DNA of 42,229 nucleotides from Candidatus Methylomirabilia bacterium (GTDB taxonomy: Bacteria; Methylomirabilota; Methylomirabilia; Rokubacteriales; CSP1-6). The stretch lies in NCBI GenBank assembly GCA_041478145.1, contig JBGOVO010000002.1, positions 1-42,229 of the forward strand. The letters are read 5' to 3'. This document shows, piece by piece, positions 35,464 through 42,229 of this stretch (position 1 is the stretch's first letter; each line of letters starts with the position of its first letter). The translations under genes were made by a program, and so were the position numbers. Under the pieces are notes generated by a model, which saw only the letters and a program-made list of their open reading frames with translations, was not told the DNA's origin and searched no databases.

Positions 35464-37218
35464 ATGAGCACGGGACCCATCAATCGCGAGGTGGCCTTCG
35501 CCGGCCAGCAGGTCCGGCGCAAGGTGATCTTCGCCCTCGCCCTGTGCTCGGTCATCCCACTCTTGCTCTTGACCTACGCATTCCACGGGCCGATGCGCGA
35601 GTTCCTGGGCCCGCTCGCGGGCATCGCCGACGCGATCAGCATTCCCGCCCTGATGGTATTCGCCGCGCTCCTGATGGCAGGCGGGGCCTTCATCGTGTGG
35701 GACATCGCCACCGCCCTGTCACGCGCCGCGCAGCTCAGCAACCAGCGCAATCCGGAGTTGCCGGCGGACCCCGGACGCAAAGACGAGATCGGCACGCTCA
35801 TGAGCTCGTTCGCGCGCATGCTCGCCACCATCGAGCAGCAGGCGGAGGAGATCAACGAGTTCCCGCGCCGCCTGGACCAGCTCATCCGCGAAGCCTTCCG
35901 GGATTCGCTGACCGGCCTGCCCAACCGGGCGCTCTTCATGGACCGGCTCGCCCACGCCCTCACCCGCGCCGAACGCAGCGGAGGGAACCTGGCGGTGCTG
36001 TTCCTCGATCTGGACCGGTTCAAGATCCTGAACGAGACCCTCGGCCACGAGGTCGGCGACCGCCTGCTGCTGGAGGTCGGACATCGGATCGCGGCGTGCC
36101 TGCGCCCCGAGGACACCGTCGCCCGTCTCGGCGGCGACGAGTTCGGGCTGCTCCTCGAGGAGGCCGCCGATCTCAGCGCCGCCACCGCGCTGGCCGAGCG
36201 GGTCTCCGCCGAAATCCAGCGCCCCTTCGTCGTCGAGGGGCGCGACGTCCTGATCTCCGCGAGCATCGGGGTGGCGCTCACCGGTGGCGGCTCGATGCAG
36301 CCGGACGAGGTGCTGCACAACGCGGACCTCGCGATGTACCAGGCCAAGGCCGAGGGGCGCGCGCGCTACGAGCTGTACCAGCCCGACCTCAGCGTGTCCA
36401 CCCGCGAGCGGCTCGATCTGCAGTCCGACCTCCGGACCGCGGGTGCCCGGCAGGAGCTGAGCCTCCGGTACCAGCCCGTAGTGACCCTGAGCTCGATCCA
36501 CGCGGTCGAGGTCGAGGCCCTCATCCGCTGGGATCACCGTCGTCGGGGCGCCCTGCTCCCGGCCGACTTCATCGCGCTATCGGAGGAGACGGGGCTGATC
36601 GTGCCGATGGGCCAGTGGGTGCTGCGCGAGGCCTGCCGCCAGGCGCGCGCCTGGCAGACCGACGGCCGCGGCGCCGCGCCCCTCATCGTCGGCGTCAACC
36701 TGTCGGCGAGCCAGTTCGAGCGGGACGCGCTGCCCGCCGAGATCGCGGTCATCCTGCGCGAGACCGGGCTCGAGGCGGCACACCTACAGCTCGAGGTCAG
36801 CGAGGCGGTGCTCATGCGAGACGACCCGAGGATGCTGGACCGGCTCGAGGCCCTCAAGAAGATCGGCGTGCGTCTGGCCATCGACGACTTCGGCACCGGC
36901 TACGCCTCCCTCTCGTACCTCAAGCGCCTGCCCGTGGACTGCCTCAAGATCGACCGCTCCCTCATCAAGGGCTTGGGGCATGAGACCGAGGACACCGCCA
37001 TCATCCGCGCCGTGGTCACCCTCGCGCAGAGCCTCGGCATCATGGTGACCGCGGAAGGGGTGGAGACCGCCGAGCAGCTCTTCCAGCTCCGCGCGGTCGG
37101 CTGCGACCGGGGCCAGGGCTACTACTTCGCCCGGCCCGTTTCCGCCGACCGCGTGCCCGATCTGCTCGCGAGCCTCGACGCCGACGAGCGGCACCGGAGC
37201 CCCTCATGTCTTGGCTGA
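35464..37218 (+). CDS. Membrane-anchored GGDEF-EAL protein (diguanylate cyclase / phosphodiesterase)
   Basis: Two TM segments plus a HAMP-like linker. The active site RLGGDEF is intact, with an RxxD I-site (RPED) 5 residues upstream. EAL-domain motifs are EVEALIRW, DDFGTGYASLSYL and EGVET. Confidence 0.9.
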   Translation: MSTGPINREVAFAGQQVRRKVIFALALCSVIPLLLLTYAFHGPMREFLGPLAGIADAISIPALMVFAALLMAGGAFIVWDIATALSRAAQLSNQRNPELPADPGRKDEIGTLMSSFARMLATIEQQAEEINEFPRRLDQLIREAFRDSLTGLPNRALFMDRLAHALTRAERSGGNLAVLFLDLDRFKILNETLGHEVGDRLLLEVGHRIAACLRPEDTVARLGGDEFGLLLEEAADLSAATALAERVSAEIQRPFVVEGRDVLISASIGVALTGGGSMQPDEVLHNADLAMYQAKAEGRARYELYQPDLSVSTRERLDLQSDLRTAGARQELSLRYQPVVTLSSIHAVEVEALIRWDHRRRGALLPADFIALSEETGLIVPMGQWVLREACRQARAWQTDGRGAAPLIVGVNLSASQFERDALPAEIAVILRETGLEAAHLQLEVSEAVLMRDDPRMLDRLEALKKIGVRLAIDDFGTGYASLSYLKRLPVDCLKIDRSLIKGLGHETEDTAIIRAVVTLAQSLGIMVTAEGVETAEQLFQLRAVGCDRGQGYYFARPVSADRVPDLLASLDADERHRSPSCLG

Positions 37219-40177
37219 CCCTCCGCGGGCTCGCCCGCGCCATGACCATCCGGCTGGTCGGGATCGGGGCGTTCACCGTCGCCCTCGGGATCGGCCTGTC
37301 CTGGCTCCTCGACGTGGCGGTCTCCGAGCCGGAGTGGACCGAGACCGCCTCGATCGCGCAGCGGGCGGTGGACCGCAGCGGGCTGCCCGAGCTGCTCGCC
37401 GGCCAGAGCGCGCGCAGCCCCAAGCGCTGGGCCGAGGAGAGCGCGCGCTTCGTGCGCGAGCTGCCCGGCGTCGTCCACATCAAGGTGTGGGACCCGCAGG
37501 GCAACGTGGTCTGGGCCGTGCAGGCCGCGCTGATCGGACAGCACTCGGAGGGCCAGGAGCTCCGGGACGCGCTCTCGGGGCGCGTGGCCCTCCGGTTCAC
37601 CGCGGTGGCGCCGCCCAACGCGGCCCCGGAGAATTTCACCGCGCCCAACGTCGCCGATCTCTACGTGCCCGTCTACAGCCCCGGCACCGCTCGGGTCGTC
37701 GGCGTGGTGGAGCTGTCGCAGGCCCCCCTCCGCATGGACGCGGCGCTGGAGCGCTGGGCTCAGCTGGCCTGGACCATCGCGCTCGTGACCGGCGGGGCCC
37801 TGTGCCTGATCCTCCTGCCCGCGGCATGGCGCAGCCACCGGCGCACCCGGGCCGAGGCCAGCTCGACGGCGCAGCGGTCCGCGCAGCGCACCCAGGAGCT
37901 GCAGCGCACCACCGAACAGCTCCGGGAAGCCCTCAAGGCCGTCAAGCAGCGCGCGGAGGAGACCGACCGAATGCTCGAGGTGACCGAGGCCATCGGCTCG
38001 GCGCTCGAGCAGAAGGAGCTGTTCGAGGTCATCGCCCACGGGGCGGCGCGCGCCTGCCGCGTGGACCGCTGCTCGATCTTCCTGCGCGACAAGTCGGGCC
38101 AGCTCATGGTCCCCGTCAGCTCGCAGCTCGCCGACCGCGCCGCTGCCAAGGGCGGCGACGGGGCCGAGTCCCTGCGCGCCCTGGCTCTCGAGGAGATGCC
38201 CTCGTTCCTCCTGGAAGCCGTGCGGCGCCAGGAGCCCGTAGTGATCTCCGACCCGGGCAGCGATCCGCGCGTGCCCCAGGGGTGGGTCGGCCTCTTCCAG
38301 GCCAAGTCCGCCCTCGTGGTCCCGCTCATCCATCAGGGCCGCACCGCGGGCGTCCTGATCCTGGATCACCTCAAGACGCTGCACGTCTTCACGGAAGAGG
38401 AGATCCGCCTCTCCAGCACGCTGGCCGCCCAGGCCGCCGTCGCGCTCGAGAAGGCGCGGCTCTACGATGAGATCCAGCAGCGCCTGCAACAGACGGAGAC
38501 GCTCCTCGCGGTCAGCCAGGCCATCGGCTCGGCCCCCGATCTCCCCGAGGGCATTCGCCGGACCACCCGGGAGATGGTGCGCATTCTGGGCGCCGACAGC
38601 GGCGTCGCCTGGTGCGTGACCCGCGGGGGCGATCGCTTCATCCCGCTGGCGGGCTATCACGTGCCGCGCGATCTGCGCGAGCCGATCTCCGGGCTCCCCC
38701 TCGCGCCGGGCGATCCGCTGCTCGACCTGGTCAAGAGGCTCCGGACCGCGCTCCACTCGAGCAACAGCAAGACGGATCCGCGCTTCAACCAGCCAGCCCT
38801 GAACCTCATGCCCCACACCTCGCTCCTGGTCCAGCCCGTCCAGGTCGGCGACGAGCTGCTCGGCATCTTCGCCATCGCCTGGGTACGGGACGCCCACGCC
38901 TTCTCCCTGGATGACCTGCGCCTGGCCGACGGCATCGCCAAGCAGGCGGCGGTGGCCATCGAGCTCCACCGCACGCAGCGGCACATCATCGAGCAGGAGC
39001 GGCTGAACGCGGTCGGCAAGATGGCCAGCGGTCTCGCCCACGACTTCAACAACGCGCTCGTTCCCATCTCGGGCTACGCGGAGATGCTCCTCGAGCACCA
39101 GGAGATCCTTCAGGATCCCGCCAAGGCCACCAAGTACCTGAAGCTGATCATGACCGGCGTGGAGGACGCGGCCAGCGTGGTCAGCCGGCTGCGGGAGTTC
39201 TACCGGAAGCGGGAGGAGGGCGAGACCTTCCGGCCGCTCTCGCTCAACCAGATGGTGGAGCAGGCGGTGGCCCTCACCCGGCCCAGATGGCGCGACGAAG
39301 CGCTCGGCAGCGGCCGCACCATTCTGGTGGAAGCCGACATGCGGCCGGTGCCCCGCATCCTGGGCAGCGAGTCCGAGCTGCGCGAGCTTCTGACCAACCT
39401 GATCTTCAACGCGGTGGACGCGATGCCCGACGGGGGCACGATCCGGATGCGTACCGGCCTCCGCGAAGTGCCTACGAGCGACGAGTCGCGGCTCACCCCG
39501 GCCGTCCCGCAGGTGTTCCTGGAGGTGAGCGACACGGGCACCGGCATGACCGAAGAGGTGCGGCGCCGCTGTCTCGAGCCCTTCTTCTCCACCAAGGGCG
39601 AGCGCGGGACCGGCCTCGGCCTGCCCATGGTGTACGGCATCGTCAAGCGCCACCGGGGCACCATGGACATCGAGTCCACCGTCGGCAAGGGCACCACCTT
39701 CATCGTCCTGCTCCCCGTCGACACCACGCAGGCCCGCGAGGTCAAGCAGCGGACGGAAGCGCCCGCGGGGCCGCTGCACGTCCTGGTGGTGGACGACGAG
39801 CCGATCGCGCGGGACGTGCTCACCGAGTACCTCACCGGAGACGGGCACACCGTGGAGACCGCCGTCAATGGCCGCGACGGCTTCGAGAAGTTCAAGGCGG
39901 GTCGCTTCGCGGTGATCATCACCGACCGGGCCATGCCCGAGGTAGGCGGCGACCAGCTCGCCGCCATGGTCAAGGAAGTGGCACCCGCCACCCCGGTCGT
40001 CCTGCTCACCGGCTTCGGCGATCTCATGAACGCGGCCGGCGAGAAGCCGGACGGGGTGGATCTGGTCGTGAAGAAGCCGATTCGCCTCGCCACCCTGCGC
40101 GAGGTGCTCGCCAAGATGACCGACGGCCAGCGCGCCCCCGGCTCCCCGACGCCCGCGACCGCGCCCAGCGTGGCCGG

Positions 40178-40181
<4 letters not shown>
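37206..40181 (+). CDS. Hybrid sensor histidine kinase (2 TM periplasmic sensor - 2 x GAF - HisKA - HATPase_c - REC)
   Basis: H-box [14 protein letters not shown], then [23 protein letters not shown], and [11 protein letters not shown]...VIITDRAMP. The start overlaps the GGDEF-EAL gene by 13 nt. Confidence 0.9.
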
Positions 40182-41590
<1,409 letters not shown>

Positions 41591-41608
41591 GGACTCCTCC
41601 CGGCGCGG

Positions 41609-41638
41609 CTTGAGCGCGCCCTCGCTATCGCATAGTAT
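41609..41638 (+). promoter_or_regulatory. Promoter candidate TTGAGC-18 nt-TAGTAT for the MBL-fold gene
   Basis: TTGAGC is at 41609-41614 and TAGTAT at 41633-41638. The ATG is at 41661, with GGGGAGAG in between. Confidence 0.35.
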
Positions 41639-41660
41639 CGGGGCCGGGGAGAGCATACCA

Positions 41661-42229
41661 ATGGACTGCTGCGCTCACGAGGGGCCGGCGAGCGGCGACG
41701 CCCGCTTCGACGTGCGGCGGGTCGCCGACGGCGTCCACGTGGCGGTGGCCGCGCCCGCCTACAAGGTCAACTCCAACACCGCCATCATCGAGAGCGACGA
41801 CGGCGCGGTGATCGTGGACACCCACTCCAAGCCGTCCGCGGCGCGCGTCATCGTCGAGCGTCTGCGCGAGATCAGCACGAAGCCCGTCCGCTTCGTGGTG
41901 AACACCCACTTCCACTGGGACCACTGGCACGGCAACGAGGTCTATCCGGCCGCCTACCCCGGCGCCGAGATCATCACCAACCAGCTCACCCGCGAGGCGA
42001 TGGTCCGGAAGGGGCTCAAGCGCATCCAGGATCACGTGCGCCAGGTCCCGGCCGAGATCGCCCGGCTGCGGGCCGACCTGGCCGCCGCGGCTACGCCGGA
42101 GCAGCGCGCCACCCTGCAGGCGAATCTGCGGCTGGCCGAGTCCTACCTGGCCGAGGTCCGGGCGCTCAAGCCCGCGCTGCCCACCATGGCCTTCGAGCGG
42201 ACCATGAAGCTCTACCGCCGGGATCGCGA
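41661..42229 (+). CDS. MBL-fold metallo-hydrolase (5' part; runs off the right window edge)
   Basis: Not in the ORF track because it is open to the edge. My translation is [29 protein letters not shown]...[14 protein letters not shown], which carries the HxHxDH metal motif. Confidence 0.75.
   Translation, partial: MDCCAHEGPASGDARFDVRRVADGVHVAVAAPAYKVNSNTAIIESDDGAVIVDTHSKPSAARVIVERLREISTKPVRFVVNTHFHWDHWHGNEVYPAAYPGAEIITNQLTREAMVRKGLKRIQDHVRQVPAEIARLRADLAAAATPEQRATLQANLRLAESYLAEVRALKPALPTMAFERTMKLYRRDR

Overview
This is a very GC-rich bacterial chromosomal window with dense coding and no rRNA, tRNA, CRISPR array, transposase or integrase that I can see. I cannot name the organism. Many long Arg/Pro/Gly-rich ORFs in the supplied track are antisense shadow frames, and I ignored them.

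About two thirds of the window is lipid, acyl-CoA and storage-polymer metabolism:
- A CYP102/P450-BM3-like P450-reductase fusion (missing from the ORF track because it runs off the left edge), a GNAT and a type-B carboxylesterase.
- Two acyl-CoA synthetases and several SDR and crotonase genes.
- A class III PHA locus: phaC-phaE-phaJ-phaR plus a divergent phasin.
- A TetR-crotonase-SDR-SCP2 operon.
- An acyl-CoA operon containing a frameshifted thiolase, a sirtuin and a CoA pyrophosphatase.
- A TRAP transporter, a Zn-ADH and fumC.

The most interesting part is signalling. There is a minus-strand island (17338-25873) in the order FecR-domain protein, double hotdog protein, NtrC-type sigma-54 activator, perfect -24/-12 promoter, stand-alone HTH_8 protein, 7TM-3xGAF sensor and hybrid histidine kinase.
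- The stand-alone HTH_8 protein is a truncated paralog of the activator's own DNA-binding end.
- The 7TM-3xGAF sensor ends in a four-Cys module instead of any recognised output domain.

A second perfect sigma-54 promoter (35420-35434) precedes a GGDEF-EAL gene that overlaps another GAF hybrid kinase. A tandem-PilZ protein is also encoded in the window.

I propose this as a candidate sigma-54 / c-di-GMP circuit with a built-in DNA-site decoy. This is inference from sequence only.

Other oddities:
- A 43-bp tandem hairpin repeat.
- An in-phase A_AAA_AAG slippery run that would fuse a small Lys-tailed protein to the sirtuin.
- A recurring architecture where a -10 hexamer sits 6-8 nt before the ATG, suggesting leaderless mRNAs.
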